From contig JAGVVD010000043.1 of NCBI GenBank assembly GCA_019135865.1, positions 8,340 to 72,339 of the forward strand: a stretch of 64,000 bases of DNA. The letters run 5' to 3'. Positions 36,036 to 46,192 of this stretch are shown here, in pieces (the stretch's first letter is position 1; every line of letters starts with the position of its first letter). Made by a program: the position numbers and the translations under genes. The stretch is from Elusimicrobiota bacterium. GTDB lineage: Bacteria > Elusimicrobiota > Elusimicrobia > Elusimicrobiales > UBA9959. Under the pieces are notes generated by a model. It did not search any database, was not told the DNA's origin, and worked only from the letters and a program-made list of their open reading frames with translations.

Positions 36036-37229
36036 TTACCTCTTGACCTTTCCGGCGCGCCTGCCGGCGGCTATCTCCGCCGCCCTGGTACGCGCCCATT
36101 CGTCGGCCTCTATGACCTCCGAGAAATTAGGCGGATGGGGGGAAGGCCGCCACTTGCCGGCGGACAGCGCGCCCTCCACCACCCTGGGTATCGAAGTGAA
36201 GGGTATCGCCCCGGCGAGGAAACGCTCCACGGCCACCTCGTTGGCGGCGTTGAGCACCGCCGGGTAGAGCCCGCCCTTCTTCGCGGCTTCGAAGGCCAGC
36301 GCCAGACATTCGAAGCGCCTGAAATCCGGCTTGAAGAAATCGAGCTTGCTTATCTCGCAGAGGTCGAGCGGCTTCACCGGGCACTTGAGCCGGTCGGGCC
36401 AGGTCAGCGCGTACTGTATGGGCAGCTTCATGTCGGGCAGCGACATCTGCGCCAGCACCGAGCCGTCCTTGAGCTCCACGGCCGAATGGACTATTGACTG
36501 CGGGTGTATCAGCACCTCTATCGTCTTGAACGGCAGCGAGAAGAAGTTCTTTATCTCTATGGCCTCGAGGCCCTTGTTCATCAGCGTGGCCGAGTCCACC
36601 GTGATCTTGGGACCCATTTTCCAGCGCGGATGCCGCAGCGCCTGGGCGGGCTTCACGGAGGCGAGGCTGCCCTTCGTCTTATAGAAAGGCCCTCCGGAGG
36701 CCGTCAGGAAAACGCGTGAAATTACGGACGAGTAGTCCCTGGTCCTGAGGCCTTCCAGGCACTGGAAGATGGCCGAGGGTTCGGAATCCACGGGCAGCAG
36801 CCTGGCCTTCCAGCGCCAGACCTCGCGCATGATGGTCTCGCCGGCCATGACCATGGGTTCCTTGTTGGCCAGCGCGATATGCTTCGACGCGCGGATGGAA
36901 GCTATGAGCGGCGCGAAGCCGACCGAGCCCGACACCGCGTTGAGCACCACGTCGGCTTCGCCGAGGGAGGCCATCTCGGTCAGCCCCTCCACGCCGGGAG
37001 GGAGCAGTTTCACGCCGCGCGGCATGATGTCGCGCGCGGCCTTGTGGGCCTCGTGGGCGAAGATCGCGGCGTACCTGGGCCTGAAATCGTAGACCTGCTG
37101 CAGCAGTTCCTTGACGTTGGAATTGGCCGCCACCGCCACGACCTGGAATTCTTCCGGGTGGGCGCGCACGACGGCCAGGGCGTTGCGCCCTATGGAGCCG
37201 GTGGAGCCCAGGATCGCTACTCTTTTCAT
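36036..37229 (-). CDS. dxr: 1-deoxy-D-xylulose 5-phosphate reductoisomerase
   Basis: ILGSTGSIG NADPH-binding start and full-length Dxr pattern. Confidence 0.92.
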   Translation of the reverse strand: MKRVAILGSTGSIGRNALAVVRAHPEEFQVVAVAANSNVKELLQQVYDFRPRYAAIFAHEAHKAARDIMPRGVKLLPPGVEGLTEMASLGEADVVLNAVSGSVGFAPLIASIRASKHIALANKEPMVMAGETIMREVWRWKARLLPVDSEPSAIFQCLEGLRTRDYSSVISRVFLTASGGPFYKTKGSLASVKPAQALRHPRWKMGPKITVDSATLMNKGLEAIEIKNFFSLPFKTIEVLIHPQSIVHSAVELKDGSVLAQMSLPDMKLPIQYALTWPDRLKCPVKPLDLCEISKLDFFKPDFRRFECLALAFEAAKKGGLYPAVLNAANEVAVERFLAGAIPFTSIPRVVEGALSAGKWRPSPHPPNFSEVIEADEWARTRAAEIAAGRRAGKVKR

Positions 37230-37230
37230 C

Positions 37231-38040
37231 CTACCTCGCGATCACCACGATATAATAGATGAGCGGCGCCACGAAGATGTAGGAGTCGAACCTGTCGAGC
37301 ACCCCGCCGTGGCCGGGCAGCAGCGAGGAGGAATCCTTGGCGCCGACGGCGCGCTTGATCATGGACTCGGCCAGGTCCGAGAGCTGGCCGCCCACGCCGA
37401 TGGCCGCGGCCAGCCAGACGGCCGGCGTCACCGGCAGGGTGTCCTCCATGAAGGACCGTATCGCGAAGACGGCGATGAAGGCGCCGGCGAAACCGGCTAT
37501 GGCGCCTTCCCAGGTCTTCTTGGGGCTTATCGAGGAAAGCCGGCGCGTGCCGAAAGCGCGGCCGGCCGCGTAGGCGGCGGTGTCCATGAACCAGACCGTC
37601 AGCAGCATCAGGAAGGTCAGGCCCTTGCCGTCGGGCCGCAGCTCGCGCAGGGCGGCCATGTGCCAGAGCGGCCAGGCCAGGCCGTAGACGCCCATCAGCG
37701 TGAAAGCGATGCGTTCGAGGTACTTCTGTTTATAGAAGAACTCCGCGGTGAAGGCCGCCAGCGCCGGCAGGACCAGGAAAAGGCCCGCGTAATTGTCGCC
37801 GCCTTCGCGGTAGACGCCGAAATGGCCCAGCGACATGGCGGCCGGCAGCAGGAGCCCGAAGACCATCAGGACGGGGACCTGCACGGGGCGCGAACCCATG
37901 CGCAGCAGGGTCGCGTACTCGTAGAGCGAAAGCGCGATTATCGCCAGGATGAATATCGAATAAGGGATGCCTCCCAGGTTGACCAGGTAGACCACGAGGG
38001 GGATGCCTATGACGGCGGTGAGTATGCGGGGAAGCAGCAT
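37231..38040 (-). CDS. cdsA: phosphatidate cytidylyltransferase
   Basis: CTP-transferase 1 signature SMIKRAVGAKDSSSLLPGHGGVLDRFDS. Polytopic membrane protein. Confidence 0.9.
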   Translation of the reverse strand: MLLPRILTAVIGIPLVVYLVNLGGIPYSIFILAIIALSLYEYATLLRMGSRPVQVPVLMVFGLLLPAAMSLGHFGVYREGGDNYAGLFLVLPALAAFTAEFFYKQKYLERIAFTLMGVYGLAWPLWHMAALRELRPDGKGLTFLMLLTVWFMDTAAYAAGRAFGTRRLSSISPKKTWEGAIAGFAGAFIAVFAIRSFMEDTLPVTPAVWLAAAIGVGGQLSDLAESMIKRAVGAKDSSSLLPGHGGVLDRFDSYIFVAPLIYYIVVIAR

Positions 38041-38049
38041 CGCGACTCC

Positions 38050-38763
38050 TTAGGTTCCTTTCCTTCTGTCCCTGCGCTGGTAGTCCAGCAGGGCTTTGCG
38101 TAACTCCGGCCCCTTGAAATCGGGCCAGAGCGTGTCCGTGACGTAGAATTCCGAATAAGCGGTCTGCCAGAGCAGGAAATTGGAGATGCGCATCTCGCCG
38201 GAGGTGCGTATCAGCAGGTCCGGGTCCGGCAGCGGCCAGGTGTAGAGCCGGCTGGAGATATCCCGCTCGGTCACCGGCCCTTTCTTATCGGCGGACAGGG
38301 CGTTCACGGCGTCCACTATCTCCCGGCGGCCGCCGTAGTTGAGGGCGATATTGAGCGTGATGTCGCGTCCGCCCTCGAGCAGGCGCATGGTCTCCTCCGC
38401 CTGCTTCCTGACGGCGGCGGGCATCTCGTCGAGCCGCCCGCTGAACATCAGGCGCACGCCCTTCTCCTTCATCTCTTTGGCGTACTCGCGCAGGGCGCGG
38501 CAGAGCAGCGTCATGATGGCGCGCACCTCGAACTTGGGCCGGGCCCAGTTCTCGGTGGAGAAGGCGTAGACGGTAAGGACCTTCACGCCCGCGTCGCGCG
38601 CCGCGGCGACGACGGCCTTGAGCGAACGCGCGCCCTCGGCGTGGCCCGCGGCGGCGGGCAGACCTTTAGCCCGGGCCCAGCGCCTGTTGCCGTCCATGAT
38701 GACGGCCACATGCGCGGGGGCCCGGGCTGGGTCCAGTTCTTCCTTTTCGCGGGCTTTGGACAT
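38050..38763 (-). CDS. uppS: isoprenyl transferase (undecaprenyl diphosphate synthase)
   Basis: HVAVIMDGNRRWA and ENWARP motifs. Confidence 0.92.
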   Translation of the reverse strand: MSKAREKEELDPARAPAHVAVIMDGNRRWARAKGLPAAAGHAEGARSLKAVVAAARDAGVKVLTVYAFSTENWARPKFEVRAIMTLLCRALREYAKEMKEKGVRLMFSGRLDEMPAAVRKQAEETMRLLEGGRDITLNIALNYGGRREIVDAVNALSADKKGPVTERDISSRLYTWPLPDPDLLIRTSGEMRISNFLLWQTAYSEFYVTDTLWPDFKGPELRKALLDYQRRDRRKGT

Positions 38764-38768
38764 CCGGT

Positions 38769-39332
38769 TCAGACGGTCAGCAGTTCCTTTTCCTTGGAGC
38801 CCGCCACGTCGTCTATCATCTTCACGTAGGAGTCGGTCAGCTTCTGCACGGTCTGCTCGTGACGCTTGGTATCGTCCTCGGAGATCTCCTTGGCCTTTTC
38901 GGCCTTCTTGATCTTCTCCATCGCGTCGCGGCGTTCGTTGCGGATCGCGACGCGGGCGTCCTCGCCCATGGAGTGGACGACCTTGACCATCTTCCTGCGC
39001 TGGTCCTCGGTCATCGGGGGGAGATTGATGCGGATGACGTCGCCCTGGCGGGCGGGGGAGGTGCCGAGGTCCATCTTGCGCAGTTCGGACTCGACGGCGT
39101 CCACGGCGCCCTTGTCCCAGACGCGCACTTCCAGCGTGCGGGCTTCGGGGATGGAAACGGCCGCGACCTGCTTGAGCGGCACGCGGGACCCGTAATACTC
39201 GACGTAGAGCGAGTCGAGGAGCTGGGGATTGGCGCGCCCCGTGCGCAGCGAGGTCAGTTCGCGCTTGAACTTGTCCACCTTCTCCTTCATGGCCCCTTCG
39301 GCCGCCGCAATAACGGAATTAACCCCTTCCAT
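38769..39332 (-). CDS. frr: ribosome recycling factor
   Basis: LTSLRTGRANPQLLD and NLPPMTEDQRRKMVK. The start is set at the ATG 7 nt after AAGGAG. Confidence 0.92.
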   Translation of the reverse strand: MEGVNSVIAAAEGAMKEKVDKFKRELTSLRTGRANPQLLDSLYVEYYGSRVPLKQVAAVSIPEARTLEVRVWDKGAVDAVESELRKMDLGTSPARQGDVIRINLPPMTEDQRRKMVKVVHSMGEDARVAIRNERRDAMEKIKKAEKAKEISEDDTKRHEQTVQKLTDSYVKMIDDVAGSKEKELLTV

Positions 39333-39431
39333 ATGCACGCTCCTTGAGAACGGGAATGCGGCGCGGCCAGGGCCGCGCCTTGATATCAATTATATTAAAA
39401 ATGGGGGGGCAGGTCTTTACTTTCGACCCCG

Positions 39432-39998
39432 TCAGAGGGTCTCTTCCACCAGCGCGCAGAAACAGTGCATGGCCAGGCCGTGCATCTCCTGCACGCGGGG
39501 AGTGTCCTTGGAGGGGACGGAGAGAGCGAGATCGCAGAGGGGCGCCAGCTTGCCGCCGCCGCAGCCGAGGAAGCCCAGGACTTTCATCCCCCGGGCTCTC
39601 GCCTTGACGGCGGCCTTTATGACGTTGGCGCTGTTGCCGGAGGTCGAAATACCCAGCAGGACGTCGCCGGGCCGGCCGTAGGCCTCCACCTGGCGCTCGA
39701 AGACGGTGTCGAAACCGTAGTCGTTGCCCAGGCAGGTGAGGATGGAAGTGTCCGAGCTCAGCGCGATGGCGGCCGCGGCGCGGCGTTCGCGCTTGAAGCG
39801 GCCGACGAACTCGCCGGCTATATGCTGGCTGTCCGCGGCGCTGCCGCCGTTGCCGCAGATGAGCAGCCTGCCGCCGCCCGCGAAGGCGGCGGAGACCGCG
39901 GCGGCCATCTCGGCCAGGAGGGGAGCGGAACCTTCGAACCAGCCGAGCAGTTCCCGGTGGTCCTTCACGGCGGCGAGGATCTTTTCCTTCTCAGTCAT
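39432..39998 (-). CDS. gmhA: SIS-domain D-sedoheptulose-7-phosphate isomerase (GmhA/DiaA-like)
   Basis: [27 protein letters not shown] and the QExH-like VQEMH motif. 188 aa. Confidence 0.8.
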   Translation of the reverse strand: MTEKEKILAAVKDHRELLGWFEGSAPLLAEMAAAVSAAFAGGGRLLICGNGGSAADSQHIAGEFVGRFKRERRAAAAIALSSDTSILTCLGNDYGFDTVFERQVEAYGRPGDVLLGISTSGNSANVIKAAVKARARGMKVLGFLGCGGGKLAPLCDLALSVPSKDTPRVQEMHGLAMHCFCALVEETL

Positions 39999-40704
39999 TG
40001 ACGATGAGTGTGCCGACGCGCTCCCCGCCCACGGCCCGCTTGATATTGCCGGGCTTGTGGAGGTCGAAGACCAGGATCGGGATATTGTTCTCCATGCAGA
40101 GGCTCAGCGCGCTGGTGTCCATGAAACGCAGCCTGCGCTCTATGGCCTGCATGTAGGTTATGTCCTTTATCAGTTTCGCCTTCGGGTCCTTCTTGGGGTC
40201 GCCGGTGTAGACGCCGTCCACCTGCGTGGCCTTGAAGATGACGTCGGCGCCGATCTCGGCGGCGCGCAGCGCGGCGGCCGAGTCGGTGGTGAAATAGGGG
40301 TTGCCGGTGCCGCCGGCGAAGATGACGACGCGGCCCTTCTCGAGGTGGCGTATGGCGCGGCGGCGTATGAAGGGCTCGGCGAGGCGCGATATCTCAATGG
40401 CGGTCTGCACGCGCGTGGCGACGCCGCGGTGCTCGAGCGCGGACTGCAGCGCCATCGCGTTTATGACGGTGGCGAGCATACCCATATTGTCGGAGGTGAC
40501 GCGGTCTATCATGCCCAGGCCGTCCTTGGCGCCGCGCCAGATATTGCCGCCGCCTATCACGATGGCCAGCTGCAGGTCCCTGCGCACCGCCTTGGCTATC
40601 TCGCCGGCGATGAAGGTGAGGGACTCGGGGGAAACGGAGTGGCCCCCGCCCCTGAGGGCGAGGGCTTCCCCGGACAGCTTGAGGAGTATCCTCCTGTACT
40701 TCAT
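39991..40704 (-). CDS. pyrH: UMP kinase
   Basis: [35 protein letters not shown]. The start overlaps the tsf stop (ATGA). The track ORF's 5' extension was trimmed. Confidence 0.92.
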   Translation of the reverse strand: MKYRRILLKLSGEALALRGGGHSVSPESLTFIAGEIAKAVRRDLQLAIVIGGGNIWRGAKDGLGMIDRVTSDNMGMLATVINAMALQSALEHRGVATRVQTAIEISRLAEPFIRRRAIRHLEKGRVVIFAGGTGNPYFTTDSAAALRAAEIGADVIFKATQVDGVYTGDPKKDPKAKLIKDITYMQAIERRLRFMDTSALSLCMENNIPILVFDLHKPGNIKRAVGGERVGTLIVND

Positions 40705-41606
40705 TCGACTCCCACGAGGTAGCAGTCGAAGCGCTTCACCGTGATGGCGCCGCCGAGGGTCCCCTCGGAGTCCTTGACGAACTGCGTCACCGTCTTCTTG
40801 GAGTCGCGTATCGAAACCTGCTCGAGGAGGCAGATCTCCTGGTAGAACTTGTTGACGCGGCCCTCCAGCATTTTCTCCAGGGCTTCCGGCGGCTTGGGCC
40901 TGTAAGGCTTGCCGGTCTCGGCGGCCCGCGCCTTGGCTGCCTCTTCGTCCTGGACGGTCTTGGCCTTGTAGATCTCCCGCTCCTTCGCCACCACCTCGGC
41001 CGGAACGTCCTCGCGGCGCAGGTACTTCGGGCTCATGGCCACGGCCTGCATCGCCACTTCCTTGGCGAGCGCGGCCAGCCCCTCGCGGGCCTTGGCCAGG
41101 TCGCCGGCGAAGCCGAGTTCGACCAGGCATGCCTTGCGGGAATCGGAGTGCAGATAATAATTGGCGACGGTCCCGGCGGAGCCGTAGACGACGCCGCGGC
41201 GTATCGCCATGTTCTCGCCGGACTTCATCGCGACGGCCTGGAGGCGCTCCCTGGCGTCGGCGTTATCGGCGGGGTTGCCGTAGTCCGGCTTCTCCAGCAT
41301 CGCGGAGCAGAGACCGTCCGCCAGAGCGAGCACGTCCTGGTTCTTGGCGACGAAGTCGGTCTCGCAGTTGATCTCGACCATCGCGATCCTGGCGCCGTCG
41401 GCGGAGGTCTTGACGGCGACGAGGCCTTCCTTCATCTGGCGGCCGGCGCGCTTGGCCAGGCCGGCGAGGCCTTTCTTGCGGAGCAGCTCTACGGCCTTCT
41501 CCAGGTCGCCCTGCGCCTCGTTAAGCGCGGACTTGCAGTCCATGATGCCCGCTCCGGTCCTGGAACGAAGGGTCATGACCTGCTCGCTCTTGATAACAAC
41601 GCTCAT
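40701..41606 (-). CDS. tsf: translation elongation factor Ts
   Basis: The UBA-like N-terminus LRSRTGAGIMDCKSAL plus the dimerisation core. Confidence 0.92.
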   Translation of the reverse strand: MSVVIKSEQVMTLRSRTGAGIMDCKSALNEAQGDLEKAVELLRKKGLAGLAKRAGRQMKEGLVAVKTSADGARIAMVEINCETDFVAKNQDVLALADGLCSAMLEKPDYGNPADNADARERLQAVAMKSGENMAIRRGVVYGSAGTVANYYLHSDSRKACLVELGFAGDLAKAREGLAALAKEVAMQAVAMSPKYLRREDVPAEVVAKEREIYKAKTVQDEEAAKARAAETGKPYRPKPPEALEKMLEGRVNKFYQEICLLEQVSIRDSKKTVTQFVKDSEGTLGGAITVKRFDCYLVGVE

Positions 41607-41683
41607 GATGTTCTCTCCTTAGATAGATCTACTGCGCGTCCCCCGCGCGCGCCGGGCGCGCGGCGGGAGAGGGGGAAGGGCGG

Positions 41684-42523
41684 TCACTCTTCGGTGCGGA
41701 CCGGTTCCTCGGCGGGCAGCTCGACGGCGGCGTCGGCCGGCTGGGTATAGGCCTGGTCGACCTGCTGCTGCATCTGCTCGGCCTCGGTCTGGGCGGCCCG
41801 CTCCTGCGCCTGCTGATGGGCTATCAGCCTGGCCTCTTCGGCCTCCTTGCGGCCCTCGATGATGGCGTCGGCTATAGCGCCGCAGAAAAGACGGATCGAG
41901 CGGGCGGCGTCGTCGTTGCCGGGCACGGCCCAGTCTATCAGGTCGGGATCGCAGTTGGTATCGCAGACCGCGACTATCGGGATCTTGAGTTTGCGGGCCT
42001 CGCGTATCGCGCCCATCTCCTCGACGGGATCGATCACGAACATGTAGTCGGGCAGGGCCTTCATGTCGCGGATGCCGGAGAGCAGTTTGACCAGGCGCTC
42101 CTTCTCCTTGCTCAGGCGGGAGACCTCTTTCTTGGACATGACCTTGAAGAGACCGTCGTTCTCGAGCTTCTCGAGCTCCTCGAGACGCTTGATCGAACGC
42201 TTGATCGTGTCGAAGTTGGTGAGCGTGCCGCCCAGCCATTTCTCGTAGACGCAGGCGACTTCGGCGCGCTGGGCCTCCTCGCGGATAATGTCCTTGGCCT
42301 GCTTCTTGGTGCCCACGAAAAGGAACCTGGCCCCGGCTTTGGCGGCGTCCTTCACGTTGCCGTAGGTCTTCTTGAGTTCCTTGACCGTCTTCTGAAGGTC
42401 GAGGATATGGATCCCGTTGCGCTCGCCGAATATGTAGCGGGCCATTTTGGGGTTCCACCTGTAGGTCTGGTGGCCGAAATGAACGCCGGCCTCCAGCATG
42501 GTCTTCATCGAGATGTTGAGCAT
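41684..42523 (-). CDS. rpsB: 30S ribosomal protein S2
   Basis: [19 protein letters not shown] and an acidic/Gln-rich C-terminal tail. Confidence 0.95.
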   Translation of the reverse strand: MLNISMKTMLEAGVHFGHQTYRWNPKMARYIFGERNGIHILDLQKTVKELKKTYGNVKDAAKAGARFLFVGTKKQAKDIIREEAQRAEVACVYEKWLGGTLTNFDTIKRSIKRLEELEKLENDGLFKVMSKKEVSRLSKEKERLVKLLSGIRDMKALPDYMFVIDPVEEMGAIREARKLKIPIVAVCDTNCDPDLIDWAVPGNDDAARSIRLFCGAIADAIIEGRKEAEEARLIAHQQAQERAAQTEAEQMQQQVDQAYTQPADAAVELPAEEPVRTEE

Positions 42524-42592
42524 CGAACTTCCTCCTGGGTATGCGCTTCTAAATCGCGTTTTTGAACTATTAGGACAAAAAGGCGTCGGGAA

Positions 42593-42622
42593 ATATTAGC
42601 ATATGTTTCCGTTATTTTTCAA
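42593..42622 (-). promoter_or_regulatory. Putative sigma70 promoter of rpsB-tsf
   Basis: Minus strand reads TTGAAA, 18 nt, TAATAT. An AGGAGG RBS precedes the rpsB ATG. Confidence 0.5.
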
Positions 42623-42675
42623 CCGCTCCGAAAAAAAAGTTTGACCTGCGTCAACCTCCGCGCGCGGGCGCGTTT

Positions 42676-42704
42676 TTGTGCCGGGGGGCCTCTTTTCCTA
42701 TAAT
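42676..42704 (+). promoter_or_regulatory. Putative promoter of nadE, abutting the start codon
   Basis: TTGTGC, 17 nt, TATAAT. The -10 ends 7 nt before the nadE ATG at 42712. Confidence 0.4.
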
Positions 42705-42711
42705 AAGGGCC

Positions 42712-44361
42712 ATGAGAACGGCCGTGGCGCAGATGAACCCGGTGGTGGGGGACGTAAAAGGCAACGTTTCCATGGCGCTGGATTTCCTGAGCCGGGCCGA
42801 GACCGCCGGGGCCGACCTGGTCCTGTTCCCGGAACTGGCCCTGACCGGCTACCCGCCGCTGGACCTGCTGGAGCGCGACGAGTTCGTCAAGGAGAACCTG
42901 CTGGCGCTTTCGGCGCTCGCGGGCCGCACGCGGCGCGCGGCCTGCCTGATAGGTTACGCCGATTTCAATCCCTCGGCCCGCGGGCGGAGGCTGCGCAACG
43001 GCGCCGCGCTGCTGCACGGTGGGAAGATAGCGGCCCGGCGCTTCAAGTCGCTGCTGCCCACTTACGACATCTTCGACGAGTCGCGCTATTTCGAGCCGGC
43101 CGCCTCCAACGACCCGGTCGTCTTCCGGGGCCGCCGGCTGGGCGTCACCGTCTGCGAGGACATCTGGGCGGGGACCAGCCTGCTGCCCAGGCGGGAACTT
43201 TACGGCTCCAGCCCGCTGGCAGCCCTGAAGAAGAAAGGCGCGGACCTTTACCTCAACCTATCCGCCTCTCCTTATTATTGCGGCAAGCCGGCCGAGCGGC
43301 TCCCGGTACTCGCGAAGGTCGCCCGCGGCCTCGGCAGGCCGCTGGTCTACGCCAACCAGTGCGGCGCCAACGACGAACTGATATTCGACGGCAACAGCCT
43401 GGCGTTCGACGGCGCGGGCCGGGTCGCCGCCGCCGCCAGGCCTTTCGCCGAGGACCTGATCCTTTTCGACGCCGACAGGCCCGCCCCGGGCGCGCGCCCC
43501 TCCATGCCGGGGGAGGCCGCGGAGCTGCGCGCGGCCCTGAAACTGGGCATCTCCGATTATTTCCGCAAGACCGGCTTCTCCCGGGCGGTGCTGGGCCTGA
43601 GCGGCGGCATAGACTCGGCGCTGGTCGCCTGCCTGGCGGCCGACGCGCTGGGCCCCGGCAACGTCACGGCCCTGCTGATGCCCTCCCGGTTCACGGAAAA
43701 ACGCAGCGTCGACGACGCGCTGAGGCTGGCCCGCGCGCTGGGGCTGCGTCACGAGACGATAGCCATAGATCCCGTCTACAGGGCGCTCGCCGCCGCGCTG
43801 GGCAGGCGCGACCCTTATTCCGGGATCGACCTGACGCTGCAGAACCTGCAGTCGCGGGCGCGCGGGACCATACTGATGGCGCGCGCCAACGAGAACGGCG
43901 CGCTGGCGCTGGCCACCGGCAACAAGTCCGAGATAGCGATGGGCTACTGCACTCTCTACGGCGACACCGCCGGGGCGCTGGCCCCGCTGGCCGACCTGGT
44001 GAAAAGCCGCGTCTACGCCATCGCGGCGCTGTACCCGGAGATCCCGCCCTCCATAATGACGAGACCCCCTACCGCGGAGCTCAAGCCCGGGCAGAAGGAC
44101 CAGGACGACCTGCCTCCTTACGACAAGCTGGACCGTCTGGTATCGCTGCTCGTGGAGAAAGGCCTGCCGCCGGAGAAAGCGGCGCGGCGCGCCAGCCTGC
44201 CGGCCGGGGAAGCGGCGCGCCTGGCCGGGAAGATGGCCGCCAGCGAATACAAGCGCCGCCAGCTTGCCATAGGGCTCAAGGTGACGCGCAAGGCTTTCGG
44301 CCAGGGCCGAAAGATGCCCGTCGCCAAGCGCCTTTCCGCGGGGCCGGGACCCGGATGCTGA
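42712..44361 (+). CDS. nadE: glutamine-dependent NAD+ synthetase
   Basis: An N-terminal C-N hydrolase domain (FPELALTGYP) and a C-terminal synthetase with the GLSGGIDS PP-loop. The start is trimmed to MRTAVAQ. Confidence 0.9.
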   Translation: MRTAVAQMNPVVGDVKGNVSMALDFLSRAETAGADLVLFPELALTGYPPLDLLERDEFVKENLLALSALAGRTRRAACLIGYADFNPSARGRRLRNGAALLHGGKIAARRFKSLLPTYDIFDESRYFEPAASNDPVVFRGRRLGVTVCEDIWAGTSLLPRRELYGSSPLAALKKKGADLYLNLSASPYYCGKPAERLPVLAKVARGLGRPLVYANQCGANDELIFDGNSLAFDGAGRVAAAARPFAEDLILFDADRPAPGARPSMPGEAAELRAALKLGISDYFRKTGFSRAVLGLSGGIDSALVACLAADALGPGNVTALLMPSRFTEKRSVDDALRLARALGLRHETIAIDPVYRALAAALGRRDPYSGIDLTLQNLQSRARGTILMARANENGALALATGNKSEIAMGYCTLYGDTAGALAPLADLVKSRVYAIAALYPEIPPSIMTRPPTAELKPGQKDQDDLPPYDKLDRLVSLLVEKGLPPEKAARRASLPAGEAARLAGKMAASEYKRRQLAIGLKVTRKAFGQGRKMPVAKRLSAGPGPGC

Positions 44362-45698
44362 AAAGGGCCGTCCTTTTCGCCGCCTCTTTCCTGCTGGCGG
44401 CCGCGGCCTGGGCGCAGCCCGGTCCGCGCAGCGGCCGCCAGCGCCCGCTCGACAAACCGCCGCCTCCTCCCTCCAGGACGGAGATCGTGAAACCGCTCAA
44501 AGAGCCGGCCACGGGCTACGCTCCGGACCTCTTCAACCGCGTGCTCGACGCCCTGGTCATAGACCTGGAGAAAGGGCCGATACTGCCGCTCCCCATAGCC
44601 GAGGCTAGCAAGGACCTGGGGCTCAACGTCGGCGTGATGCCGGTCTGGGCGGTCTGGAACGCGCAGCGCACCGGCGTGGACTACGTCATGGCCCCGTCGG
44701 TGAGCTATAACGAGAACCTCGGCGCCACCTTCGGCTACAAACAGTATTTCTTCCCCGACGAGAAGAGCATAATCATGTTCCGGGGTTCGGTCTCCCGCCG
44801 CGTGGAGAACGAGGCTTACTTTTATTTCTACAGGCCCGGGGTCCTGGGCACGGACGCGCGCTTCAGCCTGGACGTGGTGCACCGCGTCACCGGCAAGCCT
44901 TCGTTCTACGGCTACGGCAACGGCTCTTTCGAGGCGGACAAGGCCAATTACGCCATCCTCAAGGAAGGCGAGGAGTTCACGGCCTCGCTGCCCGTGATAA
45001 AGCATCTCTTCGTGGAACTCAACCACTCGCTCTACAGGCAGCAGGCGCAGGAAGGGCCGGTGCTCGGCGTGCCGCAGGTCAGCGCGCTCTACCCGGCCGA
45101 CTACGCCGCGGCCGAAAAGGCGCGCCTCTTCCACGCCAACCGCCTCTCCATCCTCTACGACGACACGGACCATCCGTTCCTGCCCAAGATAGGTACGATG
45201 GCCTCGTTCTCCATACTCTACTCGGCCAAGGCCTTCGGTTCGGACTACAATTACCGGACCTACAACGCCGAGCTCAAGCATTACTACAACTACAAGGGGG
45301 AGGGGCGCTTCGTCACCGCGCTGCGCTACCAGCTGCAGTTCCAGCGGGGCGACGAACTGCCTTTCTACGCGCAGGTGCAGCTGGGGGAGACCTCCGGCCT
45401 GCGCATGGCCGGCGACGGCAGGTTCACCGACCGGGGGAAAGTCGTCATAAATCTGGAGGAGAGGATAACGCTCTCGCGCGTCCCCTACCTGAAATTCCTG
45501 AGGGAGGTGGAACTCGCGCCCTTCCTGGACGCGGGGGCCGTCTTCTCCGATCCTTCGCAATTCTCCACCGGGCACCTCCGCTACGGCCCGGGGCTTTCGC
45601 TGCGGCTGCTGCTGCGGCCCCAGGTGGTGGCGACGGCCGACCTGGCCTTCGGCTCCGAAGGCACCAACACCATACTGCGCGTCGGCTACCCTTTCTGA
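44355..45698 (+). CDS. outer-membrane beta-barrel protein (Omp85/surface-antigen-like barrel without obvious POTRA repeats)
   Basis: Signal peptide MLKRAVLFAASFLLAAAAWAQ, Tyr/Gly-rich strand pattern, and a C-terminal ...ILRVGYPF ending in Phe. This is the 3' part of the 1006-aa track ORF. It overlaps the nadE stop by 7 nt. Confidence 0.55.
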   Translation: MLKRAVLFAASFLLAAAAWAQPGPRSGRQRPLDKPPPPPSRTEIVKPLKEPATGYAPDLFNRVLDALVIDLEKGPILPLPIAEASKDLGLNVGVMPVWAVWNAQRTGVDYVMAPSVSYNENLGATFGYKQYFFPDEKSIIMFRGSVSRRVENEAYFYFYRPGVLGTDARFSLDVVHRVTGKPSFYGYGNGSFEADKANYAILKEGEEFTASLPVIKHLFVELNHSLYRQQAQEGPVLGVPQVSALYPADYAAAEKARLFHANRLSILYDDTDHPFLPKIGTMASFSILYSAKAFGSDYNYRTYNAELKHYYNYKGEGRFVTALRYQLQFQRGDELPFYAQVQLGETSGLRMAGDGRFTDRGKVVINLEERITLSRVPYLKFLREVELAPFLDAGAVFSDPSQFSTGHLRYGPGLSLRLLLRPQVVATADLAFGSEGTNTILRVGYPF

Positions 45699-45699
45699 G

Positions 45700-46167
45700 A
45701 TGATAACTCGCGACAAAAAAGTCCGTCTCTCGGCCAAGGCCCTCGTCGTACGGGACGGCCGCCTGCTGCTGATGCGCGCCAGGGACCGCTGGGGCACCTA
45801 CTACCTCCTGCCCGGCGGGGGGCAGAGGAACGGCGAGACGCTCGCCGACGCGCTGAAGCGGGAATGCCTGGAAGAGACTGGGGTACTGGCCGAACCGCTG
45901 CGGCCGCGCTACATCCGCGACTATATCGGGGCCAGGCACGAGTTCTCGAAATGGGACAAGGGCTTCCACCAGGTCGAGATAATGTTCGTCTGCCGCTACG
46001 AGGGGAAAAAGCGGACCGCCCGCGTGCCGGACCTCCGGCAGACCGGGGCGGTCTGGATGCCGCTGGCGCGGCTGGAAAAGATACGGCTCTATCCTTCGGT
46101 CCTCAAGTCGCTCGTCCTTCCCACCGGGCGCTTCCGCGGCCCCGTATACCTGGGGGACGTCAACTGA
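45700..46167 (+). CDS. NUDIX hydrolase
   Basis: Nudix box GGGQRNGETLADALKRECLEETG. Confidence 0.85.
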   Translation: MITRDKKVRLSAKALVVRDGRLLLMRARDRWGTYYLLPGGGQRNGETLADALKRECLEETGVLAEPLRPRYIRDYIGARHEFSKWDKGFHQVEIMFVCRYEGKKRTARVPDLRQTGAVWMPLARLEKIRLYPSVLKSLVLPTGRFRGPVYLGDVN

Positions 46168-46192
46168 GAAGGTCCCCGGACATGACCGGCAA

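Noticed and set aside
42678-45698. 1006-aa ORF spanning nadE and the downstream gene.
   Set aside because: The 5' two-thirds is an off-frame, Arg/Gly-rich read through nadE. Only the part from the ATG at 44355 is credible, because it has a signal peptide and barrel-like sequence. I annotated it as 44355-45698.
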